Source: Candidatus Latescibacterota bacterium
GTDB taxonomy: Bacteria > Latescibacterota > UBA2968 > GCA-2709665
NCBI GenBank assembly: GCA_963667175.2
Contig: CAXXXF010000002.1
Span: 32,001 to 96,000 of the forward strand
Reading direction: 5' to 3'
DNA: 64,000 nucleotides
The notes under the pieces were generated by a model, which did not search any database, was not told the origin of the DNA, and worked only from the letters and a program-made list of their open reading frames with translations. Both the position numbers and the translations under genes were made by a program. Position 1 is the first letter of the stretch, and each line of letters begins with the position of its first letter. Of the stretch, positions 30,472-40,608 are shown in pieces.

Positions 30472-31800
30472 TCATCCCAAAAACGGCATGCCCGCACCGC
30501 GGCCGGTCTTCTCCATCCGCGTCATCCGTTTCATCATCTTGCGCATCATCCCGAACTGCTTGATCAGCCTGTTGACTTCCTGGACGCTGCACCCGCTCCC
30601 CTTCGCAATGCGCCGGCGCCTGCTGCCGTTCAGAATCCGGGGGCTTGCCCGCTCCTGCTTCGTCATCGACAGGATGATCGCTTCCGTGTGCACGAACGCG
30701 TCTTCATCCACCTGCATGCCCTTCATTGCCTTTCCCGCGCCGGGAACAAGGTCCATCAACTGGTTCAACGGCCCCATCTTGCGAACCTGGTCCAGCTGCT
30801 GCAGAAAGTCATCGAATGTAAATGCGGCGTTCCGAAGCTTCTTCTCCAGCTTCGCCGCCTGCTTCACGTCCACTGCGTCCTGAGCGCGCTCCACCAGCGT
30901 CACGACGTCGCCCATGCCGAGGATCCGGGACGCCACCCGATCCGGATGGAAGGGCTCGATTCCATCCACCTTTTCGCTGACGCCCGCGAACTTGATGGGC
31001 ACGCCCGTGACTTCGCGGATGGATAGCGCCGCGCCACCCCGCGTATCGCTATCGAGACGCGTAAGTACCACGCCCGTAAAGGTGAGTTGCTCGTAAAACG
31101 CCGTCGCCGCCGAGACCGCGTCCTGCCCTGTCATCCCGTCCGCCACAAACAGAATCTCATCCGGCGAGACGGTATCGCGTATCCGCTCCAACTCCCCCAT
31201 CCGGTCGTCGTCCACGTGCAGACGGCCGGCCGTATCCAGAATCACCGGGTCCATCCCGTCCGCCCGCGCCGCGTCCACGGCATCGGCGCAGATTACCACC
31301 GGATCGGTCCCCTCCGCCGTCCAGTGGACGGGAACGTCTATCGACGAGCCGAGTACGCGTAGCTGGTCGATCGCCGCGGGCCGGTATACGTCTGCCGCCA
31401 CGAGAAGCGGCCGCCTTCCCTTTGCTTTCAGGAGCCGGGCCAGCTTGGCGCACAGCGTTGTCTTGCCCGACCCCTGGAGACCGACAACCATGACCGCGTT
31501 GGGCGCCGGTCCGGGCAGATTCAACTCCTGATGCTCGTCTCCCAGGAGGTGAATCAGTTCGTCGTGCACGACCTTGACGACCTGCTGGCCGGGCGTAATG
31601 CTCCTCAACACCGCCCGTCCCATCGCCCGCTCCCTGACGCGGGCGACAAACGTCCTCGCGACCTTATAGTTGACGTCCGCCTCCAGAAGGGCGCGACGCA
31701 CGTCTCTCAGCGCTTCGTCGATATTGGCTTCGGCCAGCCTGCCGCGTCCGCGAAGCGTCCTGAAAACCCCTTCAAGCTTTTGACTGAGATGATCGAACAT
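30472..31800 (-). CDS. ffh: Signal recognition particle protein
   Basis: [40 protein letters not shown], Met-rich tail. Confidence 0.97.
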   Translation of the reverse strand: MFDHLSQKLEGVFRTLRGRGRLAEANIDEALRDVRRALLEADVNYKVARTFVARVRERAMGRAVLRSITPGQQVVKVVHDELIHLLGDEHQELNLPGPAPNAVMVVGLQGSGKTTLCAKLARLLKAKGRRPLLVAADVYRPAAIDQLRVLGSSIDVPVHWTAEGTDPVVICADAVDAARADGMDPVILDTAGRLHVDDDRMGELERIRDTVSPDEILFVADGMTGQDAVSAATAFYEQLTFTGVVLTRLDSDTRGGAALSIREVTGVPIKFAGVSEKVDGIEPFHPDRVASRILGMGDVVTLVERAQDAVDVKQAAKLEKKLRNAAFTFDDFLQQLDQVRKMGPLNQLMDLVPGAGKAMKGMQVDEDAFVHTEAIILSMTKQERASPRILNGSRRRRIAKGSGCSVQEVNRLIKQFGMMRKMMKRMTRMEKTGRGAGMPFLG

Positions 31801-31922
31801 GGCGCCGACCTGACGTTTATTCTCAAAAGGGACACAGAACATTAAAAATACGGGACGACAGGTTTTTACGCAACAAAAAACTCCAGAATCGGGCCCTGCG
31901 GAAGGCGGGCGCAATTGTGGAA

Positions 31923-32672
31923 TCAGCGTGCGGCGTTGTGGCCCGATCCACCGTCCCGTCCCTGGGTATCCGCGGGGTTTCCGGACCGCTGGAGCCCGCT
32001 GCTGTTCTGTTTCAGCCCTGCCAGTGCCGCGCGCCTGAGCGCAACGACATTTGCGACCACCTCGCCATTCCGGAAGGCGGCCGATCCCGCGACGAGCACT
32101 TCCGCCCCTGCGGCAACGGCCTGACCCGCGTTTTCATCGACGATTCCGCCGTCGATTTCAATCTCCACTTGCACGCCCTGACGCATAACCTCCGCCCTCA
32201 GTTTCCGGACCCTTTCCAGTGACTCCGGCATGAACGCCTGACCGCCGAATCCGGGTTCCACCGACATGACCAGCGCAAGGTCCAGCGACGGAAGCAGGGG
32301 ATATAACGCCTCCACGGGTGTTGCCGGCTTCACCGCGGCGCCGGACCGCATGCCCATCTCCCGGACTTCGCCCAGAAGGGTCTGCAGATCCGCGTTGACC
32401 TCGACGTGTACGGTACAGATATCGGCGCCGCTATCCGCGAAGTCCCTCAGGTACCGGCCCGGATCGGCAATCATGAGATGCGCGTCCAGCGTCAACGTCG
32501 TCACCTTTCGAATGGCTTCCACAACCATTGGACCGAACGTGATATTCGGCACAAAATGGCCGTCCATCACATCCAGATGGATGTACTCCGCTCCGGCTTC
32601 TTCCACCGCCCGAATCTCACGTTCCAGCGCCACGAAATCCGCCGCCAGGAATGACGGAGCGATTTTGACCAT
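31923..32672 (-). CDS. rpe: Ribulose-phosphate 3-epimerase
   Basis: IAPSFL, HLDVMDGHFVPNITFG, MSVEPGFGGQ, IDGG. Confidence 0.96.
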   Translation of the reverse strand: MVKIAPSFLAADFVALEREIRAVEEAGAEYIHLDVMDGHFVPNITFGPMVVEAIRKVTTLTLDAHLMIADPGRYLRDFADSGADICTVHVEVNADLQTLLGEVREMGMRSGAAVKPATPVEALYPLLPSLDLALVMSVEPGFGGQAFMPESLERVRKLRAEVMRQGVQVEIEIDGGIVDENAGQAVAAGAEVLVAGSAAFRNGEVVANVVALRRAALAGLKQNSSGLQRSGNPADTQGRDGGSGHNAAR

Positions 32673-32756
32673 GGAAACAACCTCCACTTCCCGAAGTCCG
32701 GGGGCCATCAGGGCGGGGCATGAAAACGGGGACCAACGCGTGACAACGATCGACCG

Positions 32757-33491
32757 TTACAATTTACTCACCACCAGTCGCACACGCGTTCCCTGCTTCA
32801 CCTCTGCTCCGGATTCCGGGATATGCCGGATCACCACGTTCAACAGGTGCTGCGTGCTGAATTCATAGCGGATATCCCGCACCTTCAGGCCGGCCTCCTC
32901 CAACTCCGCCCGGGCCGTCTCCAGCGGCTTGCCCACCAGATTCGGCATCGGGACCATCTCACCCGGAGGCCCGTTGCTGATCGTCACCGAAATTGGTGTC
33001 GCGCTCCGTACCTGTTGCCCGGGAGGGGGATCCTGGCTGATGATCAATCCCTCTTTGACGACGTCTGACGCATCCTCGAGAGTATCTCCCATGGCCAGGC
33101 CCGCCTGTGCAATCCACAACTGCGCCTGGCGCAGCGACTTTTCCGTGAGATCGGGCACTTCGTAGAGCCGGACCCCGAGACTCGGCGCCGCATAAACCGT
33201 ACGGTCGATCTTCACATGAGAATGCGCGCGCGGATTCTGTCGCACCAGCCGGCCTTCGGCAACGGACGTGTCCCATCGGCCGGGCTGCAGCTTCAACCTG
33301 AGCCCCCGCTGAGACAGCGTCCGCCTGGCAGCTTCGGGCGTCAGATCGACGACATCGGGGACCTCAACACGCTGGCCGGCCCGAACCAGACGGGGCATAA
33401 TGAATCGATCGAGCAGGATCAGGCCCACGATACCGGTGAGTACCGCGCAGCCCGCGAACAGCCCTGCCTCCCGCAGAATCCTCTTGACCAT
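32757..33491 (-). CDS. Membrane-anchored protein with three PASTA domains
   Basis: N-terminal TM; VPDVV/VPDLT/MPNLVG repeats with QNP/QDP. Confidence 0.88.
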   Translation of the reverse strand: MVKRILREAGLFAGCAVLTGIVGLILLDRFIMPRLVRAGQRVEVPDVVDLTPEAARRTLSQRGLRLKLQPGRWDTSVAEGRLVRQNPRAHSHVKIDRTVYAAPSLGVRLYEVPDLTEKSLRQAQLWIAQAGLAMGDTLEDASDVVKEGLIISQDPPPGQQVRSATPISVTISNGPPGEMVPMPNLVGKPLETARAELEEAGLKVRDIRYEFSTQHLLNVVIRHIPESGAEVKQGTRVRLVVSKL

Positions 33492-33573
33492 CCTTCTCGC
33501 AATCCGCCTCTGGCAAAAACGAAAAACCGCGCTCTACGTCGGGACTCCAACCCGCCGGACGATGCACGGTTGA

Positions 33574-33602
33574 AAAATAGGCCAAGGTCCCCCCGGTGTC
33601 AA
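33574..33602 (-). promoter_or_regulatory. Sigma70-like promoter upstream of PASTA-rpe-ffh genes
   Basis: TTGACA-17 nt-TATTTT on the minus strand. Confidence 0.5.
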
Positions 33603-33615
33603 GCTCACGCGCCGT

Positions 33616-34473
33616 TCAATGTCCCACCGTAAGAGAAACCCGGTGCGACAGACCCAGTACGGTGTGGTACAGGGTCGCGTAGTCGATCCGGATGCCCCGG
33701 TGAATCACACCCGCGCCTATCGACAGTCGCTCGGCCCTGCCCCCGGCGCCCATCCGCAGCATGACCCGCCGGGCGGGGCTGTATTCCACCCCCGCGCTCA
33801 CCCCCGTCTGTCGTCCGGCTTCCTTGCGAACGTCCACGAGCAACGCCAGATTCGGCGCGACCTGACACCCCACGCCCGCCATGCCGCCCTGGCCCAGCAC
33901 CTCCACCGACGCTCCACCCGCGTTCCATGCCGCCAGCCCAAGAGTGACCTTCGGCCTCACGACGATCTTCGCACCCAGGTCGAATGCCGTCCACCCGCGG
34001 TTCGCGCCGCCGGCAACCGACAGTCGCATGCGCCGGATTCTCACCCCGAGACCCAGCCGGGATGCCAGCCGCAGCCCGAAGGTCAAACCGGCTGTCCGTT
34101 CCCTATACAGGCTGAACCCGTATTCCTGATAACCCAAACCAACCGCCGTCCGGCCCGTCGACGCGACCGTCCCGATCGCATGGGCATCCAACACCGCCAT
34201 GCCGAACGGCCGCTCATAGCCTCCCGTGATGCTGACGCCGTGGCCCCAGGCGACCGCGCCCGCGTTCCAGAAGACGCCCTCGACGCCTTCCGCCCAACCG
34301 ACAAACGTGTCCCCCAACCCGCCGGACCGGGCGCCCACCGCCTGAAACTCGAATGACGCGGCAGCCGGCACAGGCGTCAGGGCAATACACAAGAGCACGC
34401 AGCACGGCGCGAGGAGACCGCGCCGCGTCGGGCGGCGAAGCCATGGATTTGACGGGTTGCCGTGTCCCGTCAC
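33616..34473 (-). CDS. PorV/PorQ-like outer membrane beta-barrel protein (start uncertain)
   Basis: Signal peptide, then GARSGGLG...FWNAG motif of PorV/FadL-type barrels; C-terminal LGLSHRVSL. Confidence 0.65.
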   Translation of the reverse strand: MTGHGNPSNPWLRRPTRRGLLAPCCVLLCIALTPVPAAASFEFQAVGARSGGLGDTFVGWAEGVEGVFWNAGAVAWGHGVSITGGYERPFGMAVLDAHAIGTVASTGRTAVGLGYQEYGFSLYRERTAGLTFGLRLASRLGLGVRIRRMRLSVAGGANRGWTAFDLGAKIVVRPKVTLGLAAWNAGGASVEVLGQGGMAGVGCQVAPNLALLVDVRKEAGRQTGVSAGVEYSPARRVMLRMGAGGRAERLSIGAGVIHRGIRIDYATLYHTVLGLSHRVSLTVGH

Positions 34474-34800
34474 ACCGCCCGGGCGCCCGTGTTCGGGCCC
34501 GCCCGAGTTCCGAAGCGGTGCGTTTTCCAGAAATGGTCCCATTCCGTGGGAGCACGATCCGCAACTCCTGTGCCCGGCGCTGCCCGTATACTGAAATAAT
34601 CGGTTATCTTATATATTGTCATTATCTTATTAGGATACGCCTCGTATCCTCCGCCGCGCGGCAGATCCGGGAACCGCCATGCCGAACGTTACAGTCCACC
34701 CGGGAATTGTCGTCCGGAAAAGGACAGTATAACCCGCGGGCAGTCACCCACGGGCAAATTTGAAATAGACCGCGCCTCCCGTCGGCGTTATATTGAGCGC

Positions 34801-35754
34801 GTGATCATGTCAATGAATAACGGCTGGACCTATCACAACCGAATTCAACGCGAAGCCGTAGGGGAAACCGTTCTTCAATTCTACCTCCGGCGCTATCGTC
34901 ATTCCTCCGCGGAAGCCTGGCGGAACCGGATCCTGTCCGGCGAAGTACGGTTGGATGACCAGCCGGTCTCGCCCGATACACCGCTTGCGGCGGGTCAGCG
35001 GCTCACCTATCGCAGGAGGCCGTGGCGGGAACCGGACGCCCCCTGTTCGTTCGCGCTGCTCTACGAGGATGAACACGTGATTGCCGTCGCCAAACCCGCC
35101 GGCCTGCCGGTGCTGGCGGGCGGCCGGCATCTCCGGAACACGCTGGTCGCCCGGGTCCGGGAACGCTACCCTGAAACTCCGGGGCCGGCGCCTCTGCATC
35201 GCCTTGGCCGAGGGACGTCAGGCGTCGTTCTGTTCGCACGTTCCGATCCGGCGAGACGGTTTCTATCGGAGGATTTCCGAAACCGTCGGATATGCAAGAT
35301 CTACCGCACACTCGTTGCCGGCACGGAACTGCCCGACCGGTTTGCAGTGGATGTGCCCATTGGGCGGATTCCCTACGCCCCAACCGGAACCCTTTTCGCG
35401 GCAACCAGCGCGGGAAAACCGGCCAGGACGGAATGCCGCGTTCTCAACCGCGATTCCGATACCAACCGGAGCCTGGTCCGCGTCAATCTCGTCACCGGCC
35501 GCGCCCATCAGATCCGTATCCACCTCGCTGCCGCCGGACATCCCCTGGTTGGAGACCCTCTCTATCGCACAGGCGGCCTGCCGGCCGTTACACCTGATGG
35601 GAACCGCGCGCCGCTCCCCGGCGACACCGGGTACCACCTGCACGCGCATCAACTCCAATTCATCCATCCGGACACGCGCCGGCGTATTCACCTCACCTGC
35701 CAGCCGCCTTCGAACCTCCGCACGCCTGAAGAGAACAAGGTAACGCCGCGATAG
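34801..35754 (+). CDS. RluA family pseudouridine synthase
   Basis: S4-like N-terminus, VAKPAGL, LHRLGRGTSG, TGRAHQIRIH, HPLVGDPLY, LHA. The usual catalytic HRLD Asp reads Gly. Confidence 0.88.
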   Translation: MIMSMNNGWTYHNRIQREAVGETVLQFYLRRYRHSSAEAWRNRILSGEVRLDDQPVSPDTPLAAGQRLTYRRRPWREPDAPCSFALLYEDEHVIAVAKPAGLPVLAGGRHLRNTLVARVRERYPETPGPAPLHRLGRGTSGVVLFARSDPARRFLSEDFRNRRICKIYRTLVAGTELPDRFAVDVPIGRIPYAPTGTLFAATSAGKPARTECRVLNRDSDTNRSLVRVNLVTGRAHQIRIHLAAAGHPLVGDPLYRTGGLPAVTPDGNRAPLPGDTGYHLHAHQLQFIHPDTRRRIHLTCQPPSNLRTPEENKVTPR

Positions 35755-35780
35755 TACGGTCATCTATTTCCCAACTGAGG

Positions 35781-36563
35781 CTAATCCCTGATTCTGGTCG
35801 TCTCATCGGTGCGCGCCTGCTCGATGTGTCTGCCGGTGAAGCCCACCGCGTATCGCAGGTCTGCGCCGCGCAGGTCTGCATTCTGGACGTTGGCCTTATA
35901 TAGATCGGTGTTTTGCATTCGGGCCTTGACGAGGCTCGCGCACCGCAGGTCGGCTTGTATCAGGTCGGCATTTCGGAGCCTGGCGCTCCGCAGATCGGCG
36001 TTCCTGAGATCCACGCCCTGAAGGTTCGCGCCCTCGAGGTTTGCGTTTCTCAGATTTGCGCCGCGAAGGTCCGCGTTAAGAAGATTGGCGTCCTGAAGGC
36101 GCGCCTTCCGCAGATCGGTTCCGTGAAGTGTGGCATCACGAAGGTTGGCGCCGCGCAGTGTGGCGTCCCGCAATCGGGCGCCGGAAAGCTCGGCATTCGT
36201 CAGGTCGGCGAGTTCCAGGTCTGCGGGAGCGAGATCCGCGTCTCTGAGATTTGCGCCGCGGAACAGGGCGCCCTGAAGGCGTGCGCCGGATAGATCGGCG
36301 TCCCTGAGGTTTGCATCGCGTAAGTTGGCCTCGTAAAGCCTGGCGCGCTGCAGATTGGCGCCGTGCAGGTCCGCGTTCTGAAACCGCGCGCCGCTAAGGG
36401 TGGCTTCACTCAGGTCGGCACGTTCGAGCCTCGCGCCCTGGAGTTCCGCGCGGTTCAGGTTTACGCCGGACAGTCTGGCGCGTTCGCCTGCTGCTCCTTC
36501 GGAATCGATCCACGCCCGGTGCCGGTCGATGACGAGACGTAGTTCAGCGGGTGACATATGCAT
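35781..36563 (-). CDS. Pentapeptide repeat protein
   Basis: Long run of A(D/N)Lxx pentapeptides. Confidence 0.92.
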   Translation of the reverse strand: MHMSPAELRLVIDRHRAWIDSEGAAGERARLSGVNLNRAELQGARLERADLSEATLSGARFQNADLHGANLQRARLYEANLRDANLRDADLSGARLQGALFRGANLRDADLAPADLELADLTNAELSGARLRDATLRGANLRDATLHGTDLRKARLQDANLLNADLRGANLRNANLEGANLQGVDLRNADLRSARLRNADLIQADLRCASLVKARMQNTDLYKANVQNADLRGADLRYAVGFTGRHIEQARTDETTRIRD

Positions 36564-36567
36564 TATT

Positions 36568-37137
36568 TCATTCCTCGCCGATCACGTGGAGTTCAGACTC
36601 GGTAATGACCAGGTCCATCGAGACGTCGCGAGGGTCCGTCGGCAGACGATCGAAGAGCTGGAAGTCGAACGCCAGGCCGATTTTTATCGCGGGAGTCAGC
36701 GGAAGGAAGCGGTCGTAGTACCCCGCGCCGAAGCCGATGCGATTTCCAGCTCGGTCGAAGGCCAGACCGGGAACGACAATTACGTCAAAGACGTCCGGGG
36801 GTACCACGGAGCCCGTCTCGCCGGACGGTTCCATAAGGCCCAGGGTCGACGGCTGTAATTCCGCGAGGTTTCGAATTTCCCGGTGCACCAGCAGGCGGTT
36901 CGGCAACGCAACGGGCGCCGCGATCCGCTTGCCGCTTCCCAGGGCGGACTCGATGAGCGAATGTGTGTGGACTTCGTTCCTTACCGATACGTAGCTCGCC
37001 AGACATCCCGCGCGGCGGTAGGCTTCCTGGCCGGCCAGGCGCGCGATTACGTGTTCGCTCCTGGCGCGGACTTCCTCCGGCGACAGCCCGGACCGCTGTT
37101 TCTTCATCGTATCTCGAAATTGCTTTTTGGGCTGCAT
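36568..37137 (-). CDS. 5-formyltetrahydrofolate cyclo-ligase
   Basis: VVPGLAFDRAGNRIGFGAGYYDR, D(V)SMDLVITE. Confidence 0.93.
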   Translation of the reverse strand: MQPKKQFRDTMKKQRSGLSPEEVRARSEHVIARLAGQEAYRRAGCLASYVSVRNEVHTHSLIESALGSGKRIAAPVALPNRLLVHREIRNLAELQPSTLGLMEPSGETGSVVPPDVFDVIVVPGLAFDRAGNRIGFGAGYYDRFLPLTPAIKIGLAFDFQLFDRLPTDPRDVSMDLVITESELHVIGEE

Positions 37138-37183
37138 CGGCGCCGCTCCGTCCGAAGCGATGTACCCAGCGCAGGGGATCATT

Positions 37184-37212
37184 ACTATACTTCCGGGGCG
37201 CCGGGTTGTCAA
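37184..37212 (-). promoter_or_regulatory. Sigma70 promoter for cyclo-ligase/pentapeptide genes
   Basis: TTGACA-17 nt-TATAGT on the minus strand. Confidence 0.65.
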
Positions 37213-37278
37213 GGCGCGAACGCGTTCGCTGAAGGGTGTTTCCGCTCGCGGCCGGCGCGGTCGGAAGGAAAAGTTCGC

Positions 37279-37307
37279 TTGACTTTGACCGTGTGGAATT
37301 TTACATT
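37279..37307 (+). promoter_or_regulatory. Sigma70-like promoter for uppS operon
   Basis: TTGACT-17 nt-TACATT, divergent from the previous promoter. Confidence 0.55.
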
Positions 37308-37356
37308 TACAAATGCCGGTTTATTAGGTAATAACGGCAAATTCGGAGACGGCATC

Positions 37357-38184
37357 TTGGATCGCCACGACGTCGAAATACAGAACAGATTGAAGGCAGA
37401 CAACAACCTGCCCAGGCATGTTGCCATCATCATGGACGGGAATGGTCGCTGGGCCCAAATGCATGGCCTCGTCAGGACTCAGGGGCACCGTTCCGCGCGA
37501 AACGTCGTGCGCGACGTCGTTCGGGCGTGCGGCGAGCTGGGAATCGATATTCTCACTCTGTTTGCGTTCGGTACGGACAATTGGCGGCGTCCGTGGGCGG
37601 AAGTCCTGTCGTTAATGCAATTGTTGCGGGACGTTGCGGTCGATGAGCTGAAGGAACTCCTCGAAAACAACGTACGCCTGATTGCTACCGGGGATACGGA
37701 CCGCCTGGCCAGGCAGGCGCGGCAGGCGATGAAATACGCCATGTTCAGGACAGCGGAAAACACCGGGCTGACGCTGAATCTGGCCATGAGTTACGATGGC
37801 CGCAGCGATATACTTCAGGCCGTCAGACGCATCGCCTCCGCGGTGGATCAGGGAAGAATCAGCAGCGATGAAATCGACGGAAGCCTGTTTTCCCGGATGC
37901 TTTACACCGTCGACCTTCCGGACCCCGATTTGCTGATCCGCACGAGCGGAGAGTTTCGTCTGAGTAATTTCATGCTGTGGCAATGCGCGTACACGGAGTT
38001 CTGGTTCACGCCGGTCCTGTGGCCCGATTTCAGGCGCGAACATCTGTACGAAGCCATTCGGGCGTATCAGTCCAGGGAACGCCGTTTCGGAAAGACCAGC
38101 GCGCAGGTCCGTTCTACGGCGGTCGGCGCCGGGAACGGGCAAGCGGAGCGGATGGGCGCGGCGACGGGCGTGAAGCCTGTATAG
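37357..38184 (+). CDS. uppS: Undecaprenyl diphosphate synthase
   Basis: PRHVAIIMDGNGRWA, PDPDLLIRTSGEFRLSNFMLWQ, RERRFG; TTG start. Confidence 0.95.
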   Translation: MDRHDVEIQNRLKADNNLPRHVAIIMDGNGRWAQMHGLVRTQGHRSARNVVRDVVRACGELGIDILTLFAFGTDNWRRPWAEVLSLMQLLRDVAVDELKELLENNVRLIATGDTDRLARQARQAMKYAMFRTAENTGLTLNLAMSYDGRSDILQAVRRIASAVDQGRISSDEIDGSLFSRMLYTVDLPDPDLLIRTSGEFRLSNFMLWQCAYTEFWFTPVLWPDFRREHLYEAIRAYQSRERRFGKTSAQVRSTAVGAGNGQAERMGAATGVKPV

Positions 38185-38220
38185 AGGTTTCACGCCAACT
38201 CTCGCTTCCGTCAAGCAGGG

Positions 38221-39051
38221 GTGGTTTTGGCGGTTCGGTCGAATTTGCTTCACCGGATCACAGCGGCGGCGGTCTTCGGGCCGCTTTTTCTGGTACTGTT
38301 CTGGGTTGGTGGCATACCGCTCCTGATCGGCGTGTGCCTGGTGGCCGGGCTTGGGACATGGGAATATTGCCAGATGCAGAAAAAACGGGGGCTGCATCCC
38401 TGGACGCGCGTCGGGGTTGCGGCCTCTTTGGTTTGGTGCCTGTGGCTGCACTGGTTCGAAGAGCGACTCTGGCCGATTCCGGCCGTGGTGATTCTGCTTG
38501 TTCTGCTGACCCTGGCACTGGGGCAGCGGGCGGGGCGATTTCGGCTTGCCGACGCCGAAGCGACCTTTGTCGGAACGTGCTATATTGGATTGCTGTCCGC
38601 CTTTGCTCTGCTGGTTCGGAACGACTCCGGCTTCCGGTCGGGCGAAACCGGCGAAGGCTGGTTTTCCGTTCTGGTACTCCTGGGAATCTGGGGTACGGAC
38701 ACTCTTGCCTATTTATCGGGGCGTCTCTGGGGGAAGCGACGTCCTTTCCCGCAGATCAGTCCGGGCAAGACAGGCGCGGGTTTCGCCGGTGGAATCGTCG
38801 GAGCGATCGCGGTCATGTCCGTTGGCGGCCACGTCTTGACGTTGTACGCGCCGCCGGAGGGGATCGTACTGGGGATCGTGGTGGGACTCAGCGCGTTCTG
38901 GGGAGATCTGGTCGAGTCGATGATCAAGAGGAACGCAGGGGTCAAGGACGCCTCGGCCCTGATTCCCGGACACGGCGGCGTGCTGGACAGATTCGACAGT
39001 TTTCTGTTCGTGTACCCTTCGGTGTATCTTTATCTGCTCCTACTGCATTAG
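38221..39051 (+). CDS. cdsA: Phosphatidate cytidylyltransferase
   Basis: ISPGKT, GDLVESMIKRNAGVKD, IPGHGGVLDRFDS. Confidence 0.95.
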   Translation: MVLAVRSNLLHRITAAAVFGPLFLVLFWVGGIPLLIGVCLVAGLGTWEYCQMQKKRGLHPWTRVGVAASLVWCLWLHWFEERLWPIPAVVILLVLLTLALGQRAGRFRLADAEATFVGTCYIGLLSAFALLVRNDSGFRSGETGEGWFSVLVLLGIWGTDTLAYLSGRLWGKRRPFPQISPGKTGAGFAGGIVGAIAVMSVGGHVLTLYAPPEGIVLGIVVGLSAFWGDLVESMIKRNAGVKDASALIPGHGGVLDRFDSFLFVYPSVYLYLLLLH

Positions 39052-39258
39052 CAGCCCGTTGAAAACATCCATCCGGGCTGCCTGCCTGTGCGTTCGCCCG
39101 CAGACAGGCGTCCGGCCCTTATGACCGAAATACGGCGTTGCCTGCCTGCAGCAGGCAGGCGCTCCCTCCCCGAGTCCAGGGATTCGCGTCGGTCACGCGC
39201 CTTGTCTTCGGCCATAATGACCCGGCCTCGCCTGCAGAGCGACTTTTTCAACGGACTG
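39052..39258. mobile_element. MITE-like element copy 1 (207 bp)
   Basis: Imperfect TIRs cagcccgttgaaaa / ttttcaacggactg; flanks TTAG / TTGG; matches 54546-54688 in reverse complement. Confidence 0.8.
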
Positions 39259-39324
39259 TTGGCCCTCCGCGCTTTCCTGGAACCTGAGAGTACGTTCACC
39301 CGTTGACAGGAATGGGACCTGGGT

Positions 39325-40482
39325 ATGAAGCGAGTTGCGCTGCTGGGATCCACGGGATCGATCGGCGCCAGTACGCTGGACGTACTGGCTGGCCTGCCGG
39401 ACAGGTTCGAAGTGGAATGCCTCAGCGCGGGAAGCAATATCGATCTGCTCTGCGGGCAGGTGAGGCGTTTCCGGCCGAAGCGGGTCTGCGTGGCGGACGA
39501 GAACGCGATTAACGCCGGCGAACGGCCTGAGTTGCAGGGCGTTGAGGTGTTACACGGACCTGACGGACTCATCGCATTGGCAACGGACGCCAACGTGGAT
39601 CTGGTTGTCAACGGGCTGGTTGCGGGCGTCGGATTGCGGCCGACGCTGGCCGCGGTCGATGCGGGAAAGGACGTCGCCATCGCGAATAAGGAATCGCTGG
39701 TCGTCGCGGGGCAACTGATCACGGAACTCGCGACGCGCAACGGCGTGCGGTTGATTCCGCTGGATAGCGAACTGACACCCCTTTGGCAGAGCCTGCAGGC
39801 AGTCCCTCCGCAGCAAGTGACACGCATCGTACTTTCCGCCTCCGGAGGGCCGTTTTTCGAGGCGTCACCGGACGAGATGGCCCGCGCGACGCCCGACGAC
39901 GCCCTGCGCCATCCGACGTGGCGAATGGGTCCGAAGATCACGATCGATTCCGCGACGTTGATGAATAAGGGTTTCGAGGTGATCGAGTCCCGCTGGTTTC
40001 TCGGACTCGATATCGAACAGATCGACGTGGTGATCCACCGGCAGTCGATCGTGCATTGCCTGGTGGAATTCCTGGACGGAAGCCTGACCGCGCATATGAG
40101 CCGGCCCGATATGCGGCTGCCCATCCAGCAGGCGCTGACCCATCCGGACCGGCTGCCGACAGCCGTGCCTTCGCTGGACCTGGTGTCCACGGGGACCCTG
40201 AGCTTTCATGCGCCGGACCTGGAGCGGTTTCCATGCCTTGCGATTGCGTATGAAGTGGGACGCGCGGGCGGTACCGCGGCGGCGGTACTGAACGCGGCAA
40301 ACGAGATCGGCGTGTATTCCTTTCTGGCAGAGCGAATCGGGTTTCTGGATGTACCGGAAGTCGTACGCAGGACCCTGGATGCGCACGTCAACGCATCCGG
40401 CGCGAATCTCGATGAGGTATTCGAAGCGGACCGCTGGGCGAGGGAAAAGGCAAGGGAGGTCGTCGCGCGCCTGGCGAAATAA
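39325..40482 (+). CDS. dxr: 1-deoxy-D-xylulose 5-phosphate reductoisomerase
   Basis: LGSTGSIG, ANKESLV, HPTWRMGPKITIDSATLMNKGFEVIE, PDMRLPI, NAANE. Confidence 0.96.
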   Translation: MKRVALLGSTGSIGASTLDVLAGLPDRFEVECLSAGSNIDLLCGQVRRFRPKRVCVADENAINAGERPELQGVEVLHGPDGLIALATDANVDLVVNGLVAGVGLRPTLAAVDAGKDVAIANKESLVVAGQLITELATRNGVRLIPLDSELTPLWQSLQAVPPQQVTRIVLSASGGPFFEASPDEMARATPDDALRHPTWRMGPKITIDSATLMNKGFEVIESRWFLGLDIEQIDVVIHRQSIVHCLVEFLDGSLTAHMSRPDMRLPIQQALTHPDRLPTAVPSLDLVSTGTLSFHAPDLERFPCLAIAYEVGRAGGTAAAVLNAANEIGVYSFLAERIGFLDVPEVVRRTLDAHVNASGANLDEVFEADRWAREKAREVVARLAK

Positions 40483-40608
40483 CCCCGAAATCTCCTCGCC
40501 GGGACCGGAGCGCCGGGCGGAAGCGCTTCGCGCGGACCGCCGCTCATGCGAATCACTCCGGCTCCGCTGACCCGGGTCGAGGAGAATCCCCAACAGGAGT
40601 TCAGCGCT

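Noticed and set aside
35781-36563. 15-nt periodic DNA as a repeat array or CRISPR
   Set aside because: Explained by pentapeptide-repeat coding; no repeat-spacer structure.
37138-37356. 6S RNA upstream of 5-formyl-THF cyclo-ligase
   Set aside because: The space is taken by divergent promoters close to both starts; no long rod-like structure is evident.
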